DNA of 64,000 nucleotides from Azolla caroliniana (lineage: Eukaryota > Plantae > Polypodiophyta): contig JBHGNT010000010.1 of NCBI GenBank assembly GCA_043228905.1, positions 19,592,001 to 19,656,000 of the forward strand, written 5' to 3'. Of this stretch, positions 11,001-21,760 are shown in pieces; the first letter of the stretch is position 1; every line of letters begins with the position of its first letter. Below the pieces are notes generated by a model, which saw only the letters and a program-made list of their open reading frames with translations, was not told where the DNA came from and did no database searches. A program made the position numbers and the translations under genes.

Positions 11001-14000
11001 ATGGCGAGCTCGCTTCCAACAGAGAAGCTCGACAGAACCAACTACGCGTCTTGGTCCTACAAAATGCACCAGTACCTGCTCAGGCATGGCTACTGGAGTT
11101 ATGTCGAAGGAGCTAATGACGCGGCACCCGAATCAACACACAGAGACTTTCCGTCGTGGGAGCAATTAGCGAGCAGGGTACTATACTGCTTCGCGTCGTG
11201 TGTGGGCGAACAACTATTTAGCTATGTTCGGGATGCAAAGACGCCGAAGGGTGCGTGGGAAAATCTGAAGAAGATTTTCGCTGCAAGCACCACAGCCAGG
11301 AAGCTTTAGCTCCGACAGGAGTTGAGCAACCTACGACAACGCGACTTGTCGGTGGCGGACTATACCTCGAAGATCAAGGATATCTGTGACTCCCTCGCCT
11401 CCATAGAGGTGAACATCGAGGACGGCGAGATGGTCCAGATCTGTCTCGGAGGTTTGGCATCGAAGTTCGGAGCGTTCCGAATGGCTGTGTGTACCCGGGA
11501 GAATACGCCGTCCTTTTTCGACTTACAGTCGATGCTCCTGGTAGAGGAGAAACACGCGGGTGCATCGACAAGCACGCACACCGACAGCAAGATGTTGTAC
11601 ACGGAGGGAGAAAGGCCCCGTGGTCGTGGCGGACGAGGCGAGTCGGTACGCAATGGAAGCGGCCGACGAGATCAAGGAAGAAGGCACCGATGTGATGCCG
11701 ACAGCAACTCCGGACCCTCCGGAAACAGGGGGAGTCGAAGCGATGAGAACCGGCAAGGGAAGGCCATCGCGGAGTGTTGGTACTGTGGCAAGAAAGGCCA
11801 CAGGGAAAGCGAGTGTTGGAAGAAGCGCGCCGATTCGGAGAGAACTGGTTCCGGGAACAGCTCCAGACATACCGACAAGGGAAATCGGCAGCGATCGCAC
11901 TACGCCAAAGACTCCGGGAAAGCTGGAGAAGGGTCTGTCTTCGTGACGAGACACGAAGCAAACTCAATGAAACAGAGCACCCCGAGATCGGACGAGGTGT
12001 GGTACGTAGACTCCGGCGCATCAAACCACATGACGAGCCATAAGGAGTGGTTCTCGTACCTTGAAAAACCGATACAACCGGGAGTAGTCTCAACAAGAGA
12101 CGACACTCCGCATCCGATCGCGAATGTCGGAGAAGTTCCCCTTAGCCATGTCGGGCAGAAAAGGAAACTCAAGAACGTGTTGCACGTTCCGACAATCACG
12201 AAGAACTTGGTCTCGGTCGGACAGATCGTCGACCAAGGGATGGAGGTTCGGTTTACACACCTCGGGTGCTTCATTGAGGAAGAAGGCCGTGTGATTGTGC
12301 AAGGGCGCAGAGATGGGAGGATGTTCATCCTCGACTCCACTGACAGCGGCACCGCAATGTTCGCGAAGGGACAAAAGACCGAGTCGGACATCGACTTGTG
12401 GCACAAGCGGATACGCCACGTCAACTACCATCGGCTTCAAGATCTACAAACGAAACAGGTAGTGTTCGGTTTGCCCAAATTTAGTGGCCGAAAGGCACAA
12501 GTTTGTGAAGCCTGCCAGCTCAGGAAGCAACACCGACTTCCCTTCCCCAACGAGCGAAACCGGAGCCGGAACAAGCTCGACCTTATACACTCCGATGTAT
12601 GGGGGCCGGCTCAAAACGTTAGTCTTGGCGGGAGCCGATATTTCGTCTCCTTCATCGACGACCACACGCGGCACACGTGGATCTACCTCATTGAGAGGAA
12701 GAGCGAAGTCTTCGACTGTTTCCGGGACCTCAAAGGGTTCGTGGAAGCCGAAACGGGACGAAAGATCAAGTGCCTGCGGTCGGATGGCGGGAAAGAGTAC
12801 TTTTCCGGTCAATTCAACGGTTATCTACAACAAATGGGAATTCGGCGCGAATTCAGTTGTAGATACACGCCAGAGCAGAACGGCGTGGCCAAGAGGAAGA
12901 ATCGGTCAATTGTGGAAGCGGCACGGGCAATGCTGGAGGAGAAGAGCTTGCCCAAGTTCTACTGGGCCGAGGCGGTAAGGACCGCGGTATACATCCAGAA
13001 CTGGATTGGAGACAAAGTGTCGGCGTACGAGCTATATTTCGGAACAAAGCCGAACTTGCGACACTTGAGGGTGTTCGGTAGCATTGCGTATGTGCATATA
13101 CCGAAGGAAAAAAGGAGGAAGCTGGACGCAAAGGCCGAGAAGTGCATCTTGGTCGGTTACTCGGACGAGCAGAAGGGTTATAAGTGCTATAACCCTCGCA
13201 CCAAACAAGCGCGTGTCAGCCGCAACGTTGTGTTTGACGAGTCCGCGTCGTGGTACCTGCCCTCGCCTCGGAACCCCGACTCCAATACGAGCTCTGACAA
13301 TGAGGTCAGCGAGGCCGAGATGCCTCCGGATGAGCCCGAAATCGAGACCCGCGAAGAGAGTCCGATTTCACTCCGGTTAAGTGGACCGATTGGACGACTG
13401 AGTCGGTACGACCAGTCCGATGAAGAGCCGGCCGTGCATTCCCCGCGCAGGAAACCGAGGAGACGACTTATGCGCAAAGAGAAAGGGAAGAAGAAGGTGT
13501 CAGATTCCAGCACGGAAAGGAACGAGTCAGACCGACGCGAGTCCGACTCCGAGGGAACCGGTGACGGGTCTTTAAAGGTGAAGACCGCGTCGGCCGAGAA
13601 GGCCTCAACATCGGCTGATGTGAGATTACGCCGATCTACCCGCCAAAAGAACCCAATTGTGCGGTTCGGATACAACAAGTACATGGCGCATCATTATGCG
13701 TACATGACCCATGTAGCGGAAGTGCGTGAGCCGGAGAGCTACGCAGACACGGCGGAAGACGCAAATTGGCGTGCCGCGATGGAGGAAGAGATGCACGCAT
13801 TGGCGGAGAACGAGACCTGGGACCTGGTTGACGCACCGAAGGGTGTGAAGCCGATCGGGTGTAGATGGGTGTACAAAGTCAAGTACAACACCGATGGCTC
13901 AGTCAACCGGTACAAGGCTCGGCTAATGGCAAAGGGCTACGCGCATAAACATGGCATCGACTACGATGAGACGTTTGCGCCGGTCGCGAAAATGACAACC

Positions 14001-15398
14001 GTCCGTGTTTTGCTCGCAGTAGCCGCGGCCAAGGGGTGGCACCTACATCAGATGGATGTAAAGAATGCGTTCTTGCAAGGTGACCTTGAGGAACATGTGT
14101 ACATGGTACAGCCCCCCGGATTTCACTCTGGAACGAACTCCTCGGCAATATACCGACTTAAGAAGTCCCTTTACGGACTGAAGCAAGCCCCGCGTGCCTG
14201 GAACGCGAAGATAACGCAACAACTGCGTCGGATGGGCTTTGTCACGTCAAAATCGGACTCTTCCCTGTTCATCCGGAAAGGTCGACTCGGACTGGTTAGT
14301 ATTTTACTGTATGTTGATGACTTGGTCATCACCGGCGCCGACCTAGGTGAAATCGACCGCATGAAGCTCCAGCTTGCGGCATCGTTCGACATGAAGGATC
14401 TGGGGGACCTTCATTACTTCCTCGGGATCGAAGTGATTCGTACCCCCGAAGGCATATTGATCAGCCAACGTCATTACGTGCTGAGTATGCTCTTCAAATT
14501 CGGGATGGCCGACTGTAAGACCGTCTCGACTCCTCTGGATAGAACCATGAAGCTTCGTTCCAATACGGGAAAGGTATGCGACCCGACGAGGTTCCGACAA
14601 ATTGTCGGAAGCCTCATATACTTGACCATCACCCGACCCGACCTCAGTTATCCGGTCGGGGTGATCAGTCAGTTCATGGCGCGACCTACCGAGGAGCACC
14701 TTCAGTGTGCGCAACGCATACTTCGGTATGTCAACGGCACTAAGGACCGGGGACTGCTATATCGGACCGGTGCAGCCGCGCAGTTAGTCGGCTACACCGA
14801 TGTTGATTGGGCTGGCAACGCCGCCGATCGCCGATCCACGTCTGGATACGCGTTCTCCCTCGGGAGTGCCGCGATCGCGTGGAGCAGTAAGAAGCAGCCG
14901 ACAGTTGCATTGTCGAGCACCGAAGCTGAGTACCGAGGAGCGGCTGTCGCGACATGCGAAGCCATATGGTTGAAGCGGCTACTTAAGGACCTGCAAGAGG
15001 AGGTGTCAGATCCGACGACGATCTACTGCGACAACCTCAGCAGCATCCAACTCGCGAAAAACCCTGTTTTCCACGCACGGACCAAGCACATTGAGGTGCA
15101 CTACCATTTCGTCTGTGAGCGTGTCCTTTCCGGTGAAGTCGAACTTCAGTACGTTCCGACGGATCGGCAGGCTGCCGACATCTTCACCAAGCCTCTTGGT
15201 CTGGACAAGTTGCGGCAATTCTTAGGTGCGCTCGGGTTGCGTCACCTTGACGTGCCGAACTTGAGGGGGAGAACAGTCCCGAACGACCAAGCAAGGCAGC
15301 AGGAAAGGAGCGGCGACCATGACACCGAGTCGGTTGACTCGTTTGTTGACTCGGTTGAAGACGGATCGGCTGAAGAAGCCGAGGACGGACCCGCGGAG
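11001..15398 (+). pseudogene. Copia C Gag-Pol (gag, CCHC, protease, integrase, RT, RNase H), defective
   Basis: CWYCGKKGHRESEC, WYVDSGAS, IHSDVWGP, RSDGGKEY, YVDDL, ADIFTKPL. In-frame TAG at 11307-11309. The integrase catalytic E reads K (QNGVAKRKNR). Confidence 0.93.
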
Positions 15399-18300
15399 TG
15401 TTGGAGACAAGGTCGTCTATGCGGAAGATTAAGAAGCATTCGATTCTGTTCTGTACCTGCGTATGACAGTTTCTACGATCTTGCACAGAGAGAGAGAGAG
15501 AGAGAGGCACAAAAGACTTTCTATTCAATAGAAGAAATAATACAACACCCAACCTTATAAAAAGGTTACAAGGTCACTATATATAGTGACCGACTTAGGG
15601 CAACTACCCTTTATGCTAATTACACAAATGGCTCAAACTTGATCTATACAAAGGGATAGTGTGAATACGTCCATTATACACTTGTATTCGAGACTCCCCC
15701 GTAATGGGCGTATACATGGGTTATCTAAGATTACAGGTATAAACCTAGGTTCTCGGACATATCAGTTTTTGTTCGAGTCGGCAGGATCCGAAGGCAGAAG
15801 ACCGGACTGGTCGGGTCGGAAGAGTTGAAGCCGATCATTAGGGAACTGATGTCGGTTGTCTGAAACCATCCTGCGCTGTGTCCGGCTCTAACCGGACTGT
15901 TTTGTCGTTACGCCCATCTGATGCCGAAGGGACCGAAAGCGGTCTGCCGAAAGACACTTGGTCATTCCATCTGCGACATTGTCGGTTGTGGATATTTTCT
16001 CTAGACCGATTTTCCCTGAAATGACGCAGTCCCGAACGAAGTGATATCGAACGTCGATATGTTTGGAGGCGTTGTGGTGAACCGGATTTCTCGACAAGGC
16101 AACAGCACCTTGACTGTCGCTATAGACAACTGGGGCCGAGTCATGGTCGACTTGTCGAAACGTGTGCGCCAGCCGACCGAGCCACAAAGCTTCTTTTGCA
16201 GCGTCGGACGCAGCTACATATTCTGCTTCGGTCGTTGAGGTCGCTGTGCACTCCTGAAGTTTCGACTTCCACGAAATTGCTCCATTGCCGAATTTGAAGC
16301 AGTATCCAGTTGTTGATTTCCGACTGTCTATACAGCCGGCGAAGTCCGAGTCGGTGTAACCGACTACGCCTGAGATTGAGTTCGGACCGAAAAGAATGCC
16401 GTGGTCTTTTGTGCCAGCCAGATATTTGAACACATGCTTGACTGCGTTCCAATGCGATCGGCCAGGATTGTGCATAAATCTGCTAACGACTCCTACGGCA
16501 TGAGAAATATCAGGCCGTGTCGCGACCATCAGGTACATAAGGGAGCCGACTGCCGGTGCATACGGTACCGACTTCATATCTTCCCCCTCCGGGCCGGATG
16601 TCGGGCAGTCTCGCTGAGAGAGCCGAAGATTCATGGGGAGCGGGGTTGAAGCAGATTTGGCTGATTGCATGTTGAAGCGTTCCAAGACACGTCCGATATA
16701 GTCGGTCTGAGACAAAAAAAGATGTCGTTTGTCGCGATGCCGACTAATCTTCATGCCGAGTATGTGTCGTGCCGGACCGAGGTCCTTCATGGCAAACTTC
16801 AACCGCAGTTGCCGAATGAGATCGGCAAGTTCGCCCGCGTGGCGTCCAGAAATTAGCATGTCGTCCACGTAGATGATGAGGAAGATGGGTGATCCATCTT
16901 GAGCTGTGTTGGTAAAAAGACAATGGTCCTCATCGCTTTTTGAGAAGCCGATCGATTGGATGAAGTCGTCGAACTTCTTGTACCATTGTCGCGGTGCCTG
17001 TTTGAGGCCGTATAGACTCTTCCTGAGTCGGCAGACTAGATGTTCTTGGCCAGTTGCCATGAAGCCTTTTGGCTGCTCCATATAAATTTCCTCTTCAAGA
17101 TCACCATGGAGGAATGTTGTTTTGACATCTAGCTGAATCAGCTCCAAGTTGTCGGCTGCCACTACGCCGAGTAGAAAACGAAGGGTTGTCATTTTCACCA
17201 CTGGTGAAAAAATCTCGTCGAAGTCGACGCCATATTCTTGTCGGAAGCCCTTCGCAACTAATCTGGCCTTGTACTTTGGGGTGGTCGAATCATACGTCTC
17301 TTTTAGTCGATAAACCCACTTGCAAGGAAGAGCACGTCGGTTCCTAGGTAATTCGACCAGATCCCAAGTCTTGTTTGCCCGAATGGAGTGCATTTCCGAC
17401 TCCATCGCCAGATGCCAGGTGGCGGAATCGACAGATGTCGATGCTTCTTCGTAAGACGTCGGTTCGCCGGCGTCGGTGAAGAAAATTCCAGGAGAATACC
17501 TCTCCGGAGGTTGCGACAGTCTCTCGGATCGTCGAGGTATGATTGGACTGGTCGCATCGGGTATCGAGGTCGGATGGTCCGAAAGCTGCTGTGCCGAGTC
17601 AGAGTTGTCCGAATCGGTAGTGTAAGGTTCAGCTACCCGTGAAGCTGACCGTGTGTTAAGAGCGGGGCCTTCTTGAAGGGTCGGCACATCGGAAAATGTT
17701 ACCCTTCGGACTTCGATCGGTGTTTTGACTGATGGATTCATAGCCGACTCGTTGAACACAACGTCCGAACTTCGGACGATTTGTCTGCGTTCGGGATCCC
17801 AGAGTCGGTATCCCATTTCGCCGTCGGATCCATATCCAAGGAAAATGCATTTCCTGGACCGAGGTGCAAGTTTTCGGCGATCATCTTTCGGAATAAGGGC
17901 GTACGCCTCGCATCCGAAGATCCTCAGCTTGTCGTAATTCGGCTTACTGCCGATCCATAGTTCCTGAGGAATTTGAAGTCCTAGAGGTCTGCTTGGCGAC
18001 ATATTGATTATGTGTACTGCCGTGAGTAGAGCCTCTGCCCAGAAGCCATCCGACAGTCCGGAGTGTTGGAGCATGGAAACTATCCGTTCTTGGATTGTCC
18101 GATTCATGCGTTCGGCAATCCCGTTTTGCTCCGGACTGTGTGGTGCCGTAAATTCACGTCGGATGCCGCGTTGTCGGCAGAATTTGACGAATTCTTCTGA
18201 TTTGAACTCTCCCCCATTGTCGGTCCGAAAGCATTTCAGTTTTCGGTCGGTTTGATTTTCTACCATAGCGAGCCAATCGGAGAAGATCGAGAAGACACGA

Positions 18301-20702
18301 TCTTTGGTGCGAATTGGATAAGCCCACACCTTTCGAGTCGAATCGTCAATAAAACTGACGAAGTAAGAGGCACCGCCGAGAGACTGATGCGGCATTGGGC
18401 CACAGACGTCCGAGTGGACCAAATCGAGAGGTCTCGTTTCTCTTGGTGCTGATGTCGGGTGTGATGCGGCTGCTTGTTTGCCATACTGGCAATGCTCGCA
18501 GAATTGATGGTCGGAGAAGGAGAGTTTAGGGATGTATCCGGCTCTAGATAGATGCGTAATGCCGGCCTTGCTGAGGTGTCCTAATCTTCTGTGCCATAGT
18601 GATGACACAGGAATATCCACCAAAAACAGGTTACCCTCTCTGAGCGTAACATGTAACGGATACAGTGAGTGTATCTTGGGTCCTCTAGCAAGCAGGAGGT
18701 TCCCCCTGTGGAGTGTCCACCCTCCCGAAGAAAAACCGGCACGAATGCCGTCTTCATCTAGTTGTCCGACTGAGATCAATGGCCTTGAGAGCTCGGGTAC
18801 ATGTCGGACATTGTGAAGTACAAGTGTAGAGCCACCTGCAAGGTTGAGCTCTACTGTGCCGATTCCAATGATGTCACAGTGTTGCGAGTTACCGACTCGA
18901 ACTGAGTCGGAGTGACGGATCGTATATTGCTGAAATTGGGATCGATGAGGAGTCACGTGAAATGACGCGCCCGAATCTAAGAGCCATGTGCTCGATTCTT
19001 CAGTCGTGAGCAGAACTTCTGATCCGACTGGATTTTCGATTGATAGTATATTCGGGTCGTTTGGTAGCACATCAGCTGAGAAGCTGACGTAATTGATCTC
19101 CTCATGCCGGCCACTCTTCTTGTCTGCTCTCTGAGACTTGTCGTTCTTGTTCTTGAGTGCGCGGCAGTCGGCTTTGATGTGTCCGGGTTTCTTGCAATAG
19201 TTGCAGATTCGATTATCCCGTGACTGGCTCCGTCTTCGCTGATTGTTCGGCGGCCGTGAGGAATCTCTTCCTCGTATGTTCGATCGGTCTGTCGAACCTT
19301 GTACTACGTAAGCATCGTCTGTTGAGTCTTTGGCGAAAGACTTTCTCCGAGCTGCTTCGGTCAGGATTGCGCTCGTGACTTCGGAGTATTTAACAGCCGT
19401 GGTTGACGCGTTGCACACGGTTGTGACGAAAGTTTCCCATGATGAGGGAAGGCTGCTCATGAGTATCATTGCTCTGAGTTCATCCTCGATTGTCGTCCCC
19501 TGTGACGAGATTTGGGAGCTTATGCTTTCGTACTCATTGAGGTGTGCTTGAACCGAATCGGATTCTTTCATCCGCAAGTTGTAGAGGCGCCGGATCAGAA
19601 ACATCTTCGTTGCAGCGACCTTCTTTTCGTAGGTGTCCGACAGTGTTTTCCACAGTTCGAATGCTGTCGTACACGATTGCACCGTAAAGTATACCGATTC
19701 TGATAGGTGCATCCGAATCGTGGCGCGGACGATTCTGTCCAGCTTCTGCCACTCGATTGGTTTGTATCCTTCTGGAGGTTCTTCATTTTCGATGGGATCG
19801 ATTTGCCCCTTGACTATGAGATAGTCCTGCATTTGCTCCTTCCAGAAGTTGAAGTTCGATCCATCGAACTTTCGTAGACTCATTTCTGACGAGCCGGATG
19901 TTGATGCCATCAAATTTGGTTTCGGTTGACGAAGCTCGGTTCGGAGTTGACTACGAACCTTGTTGGAGTGCAGCTGGTTGGCTCACCCGATATCGTTCTA
20001 GTCGGATTTGAACCCGAGTCGGTTCGGCTTCGGATATATGTATTGTTGAACTTGCTCGAATTGACTCCGGTAACTTGAGGGACAGAACCGACTGGTCTTC
20101 CCGAATGTTGCCGAGTCGGAGTGAGCCCGGTTCGCTTCCGAATATATATGCCAAATACCGATTATTGAATCCGATTGTTTGGACCGATTCTGCTTCGGGT
20201 GACTGCAGCGACGAGAGAGACGGATCCAACTGATCCTCTCGAATGTCGATCAGCCGGATGAAGCACGAATTGGGGTTGTTGTCTTGAGACCGATCTGCAC
20301 CAAGTGGTTACAATGAGCGGCGAGCAGCGTTTGATGACCTCTTCGGATGCCGTTTAACCGAGTGGAGCACGATCGTGTCAATGTTGCACAAGGGGATTTC
20401 ACCTCGAGCGGTTACGATCACAAGAAACAGAGTACAACCGGCTGGCTTACTCCAAGCGAAGATGATCTAACGCGATGAGATGCAAGCCTCTTTTTTTTTT
20501 TTTTTTTCTTCTTCTTCTCTCTTCTTCGAATGACGCAGGAAACCGAATGCTGTGCAGGCTGAGACGACGTCCGACAGCGGATTGAAGGACCGAATACTGT
20601 GCAGGCTCTGATACCAGATGTTGGAGACAAGGTCGTCTATGCGGAAGATTAAGAAGCATTCGATTCTGTTCTGTACCTGCGTATGACAGTTTCTACGATC
20701 TT

Positions 20703-20761
<59 letters not shown>

Positions 20762-20947
20762 CACAAAAGACTTTCTATTCAATAGAAGAAATAATACAAC
20801 ACCCAACCTTACAAAAAGGTTACAAGGTCACTATATATAGTGACCGACTTAGGGCAACTACCCTTTATGCTAATTACACAAATGGCTCAAACTTGATCTA
20901 TACAAAGGGATAGTGTGAATACGTCCATTATACACTTGTATTCGACA
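15399..20947 (-). mobile_element. Ty1/copia LTR retrotransposon D, complete and young; LTRs 15399-15693 and 20619-20947
   Basis: TSD CGGAG at 15394-15398 and 20948-20952. PBS TGGTATCAGAGC 20605-20616. PPT 15694-15700. LTRs differ by about 2 substitutions plus (AG)10 versus (AG)27. Confidence 0.97.
15888..19913 (-). CDS. Intact Copia Gag-Pol polyprotein (1341 aa)
   Basis: KFDGSNFNFWK, CNYCKKPGHIKADC, WLLDSGASFH, LVHSDVCGP, RTDNGGEF, GIAERMNRT, IYVDDML, YTDSDFAG, ADGMTK. No stops. Confidence 0.97.
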   Translation of the reverse strand: MMASTSGSSEMSLRKFDGSNFNFWKEQMQDYLIVKGQIDPIENEEPPEGYKPIEWQKLDRIVRATIRMHLSESVYFTVQSCTTAFELWKTLSDTYEKKVAATKMFLIRRLYNLRMKESDSVQAHLNEYESISSQISSQGTTIEDELRAMILMSSLPSSWETFVTTVCNASTTAVKYSEVTSAILTEAARRKSFAKDSTDDAYVVQGSTDRSNIRGRDSSRPPNNQRRRSQSRDNRICNYCKKPGHIKADCRALKNKNDKSQRADKKSGRHEEINYVSFSADVLPNDPNILSIENPVGSEVLLTTEESSTWLLDSGASFHVTPHRSQFQQYTIRHSDSVRVGNSQHCDIIGIGTVELNLAGGSTLVLHNVRHVPELSRPLISVGQLDEDGIRAGFSSGGWTLHRGNLLLARGPKIHSLYPLHVTLREGNLFLVDIPVSSLWHRRLGHLSKAGITHLSRAGYIPKLSFSDHQFCEHCQYGKQAAASHPTSAPRETRPLDLVHSDVCGPMPHQSLGGASYFVSFIDDSTRKVWAYPIRTKDRVFSIFSDWLAMVENQTDRKLKCFRTDNGGEFKSEEFVKFCRQRGIRREFTAPHSPEQNGIAERMNRTIQERIVSMLQHSGLSDGFWAEALLTAVHIINMSPSRPLGLQIPQELWIGSKPNYDKLRIFGCEAYALIPKDDRRKLAPRSRKCIFLGYGSDGEMGYRLWDPERRQIVRSSDVVFNESAMNPSVKTPIEVRRVTFSDVPTLQEGPALNTRSASRVAEPYTTDSDNSDSAQQLSDHPTSIPDATSPIIPRRSERLSQPPERYSPGIFFTDAGEPTSYEEASTSVDSATWHLAMESEMHSIRANKTWDLVELPRNRRALPCKWVYRLKETYDSTTPKYKARLVAKGFRQEYGVDFDEIFSPVVKMTTLRFLLGVVAADNLELIQLDVKTTFLHGDLEEEIYMEQPKGFMATGQEHLVCRLRKSLYGLKQAPRQWYKKFDDFIQSIGFSKSDEDHCLFTNTAQDGSPIFLIIYVDDMLISGRHAGELADLIRQLRLKFAMKDLGPARHILGMKISRHRDKRHLFLSQTDYIGRVLERFNMQSAKSASTPLPMNLRLSQRDCPTSGPEGEDMKSVPYAPAVGSLMYLMVATRPDISHAVGVVSRFMHNPGRSHWNAVKHVFKYLAGTKDHGILFGPNSISGVVGYTDSDFAGCIDSRKSTTGYCFKFGNGAISWKSKLQECTATSTTEAEYVAASDAAKEALWLGRLAHTFRQVDHDSAPVVYSDSQGAVALSRNPVHHNASKHIDVRYHFVRDCVISGKIGLEKISTTDNVADGMTKCLSADRFRSLRHQMGVTTKQSG

Positions 20948-21304
20948 CGGAGAAGTTCGGAAGTGGACAGAAGGGGAGCAGCCAAAGGAGAGAGCCGAAG
21001 CCAACCACGGATAGGGGAGATGACGCCATCGAGGGCGAGAAAACCGAAGACGAGTTGGAGACAGCCAACTTGGACGAGAGCGAAAACCGATCGGAGGTAG
21101 TCGAGTCGGTTCGGATGTTTGATTCAGATACGCTGAATCAACCGAGGCCCAAGCGGAAGAAAAGGCAGCATGAGAAGCATCGACACCGCAACAGCAGAAG
21201 AGCTGATAAAGGCCGCATAAGCATACAAGCCGACCGGAAGGGTCGAAGCGCGCGGAGACGAACAAGTCGAGGAGCGCGAGCGAGGCGTGAAGCCAGGAGG
21301 AACC

Positions 21305-21370
21305 GGAGCCGTGAGCCCGAGGAGCCGTGAGCCCGAGGAGCCGTGAGCCCGAGGATCCCGAAGAGCCTCG
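21305..21370 (+). repeat. 16-bp tandem repeat (GGAGCCGTGAGCCCGA x3, plus degenerate copies) upstream of the Copia C PPT
   Basis: Seen directly. Confidence 0.85.
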
Positions 21371-21760
21371 AGTTAAGCTTGAGGGGGAGTGTTGAGAGAC
21401 AAGCTCAACATCGGCCGGATCGGCTGAAGAAGCCGAGGACCGGATCGGTTGGGACCGATCGGTTAGGTAGTTAGGAAAGATATTCCATGAGGAATATATT
21501 TGGGAGTTAGTGTAGGGGCTCTTGATGAGCATTGAAGTACTATCAGTACTTTAGTCAGTCATTCCAGGACTTGTATAAAAGTGCTCACTGAGCACGTCTT
21601 ATGTACAGAGGTTGAGTATTATTGTGAAATATAGTTTTTTGTGTTTCTCTCTCTATCTCTCCCGCGTATACCGTGTAAGTCCAAGCTCTCCATTAAACCT
21701 GTGTTTCCTTCCTCTGTTCTGTCTTCATACCTGCTTCCGCACGCTACTTTCTACAGAGAG

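Larger units (their letters stand above)
10551..21755 (+). mobile_element. Ty1/copia LTR retrotransposon C, interrupted by Copia D; LTRs 10551-10916 and 21390-21755
   Basis: 366-bp TG..CA LTRs. TSD GAGAG at 10546-10550 and 21756-21760. PBS TGGTATCAAAGC 10917-10928. PPT GAGGGGGAG 21381-21389. Confidence 0.96.

Noticed and set aside
11307-11309. Programmed gag-pol stop readthrough in Copia C
   Set aside because: The stop lies inside gag before the zinc knuckle and lacks a CARYYA context. The element also has a mutated integrase, so simple decay is more likely.
15399-15560. C-terminus of the 1412-aa ORF (CWRQGRLC...HPTL)
   Set aside because: Chance read-through into the LTR of inserted element D.
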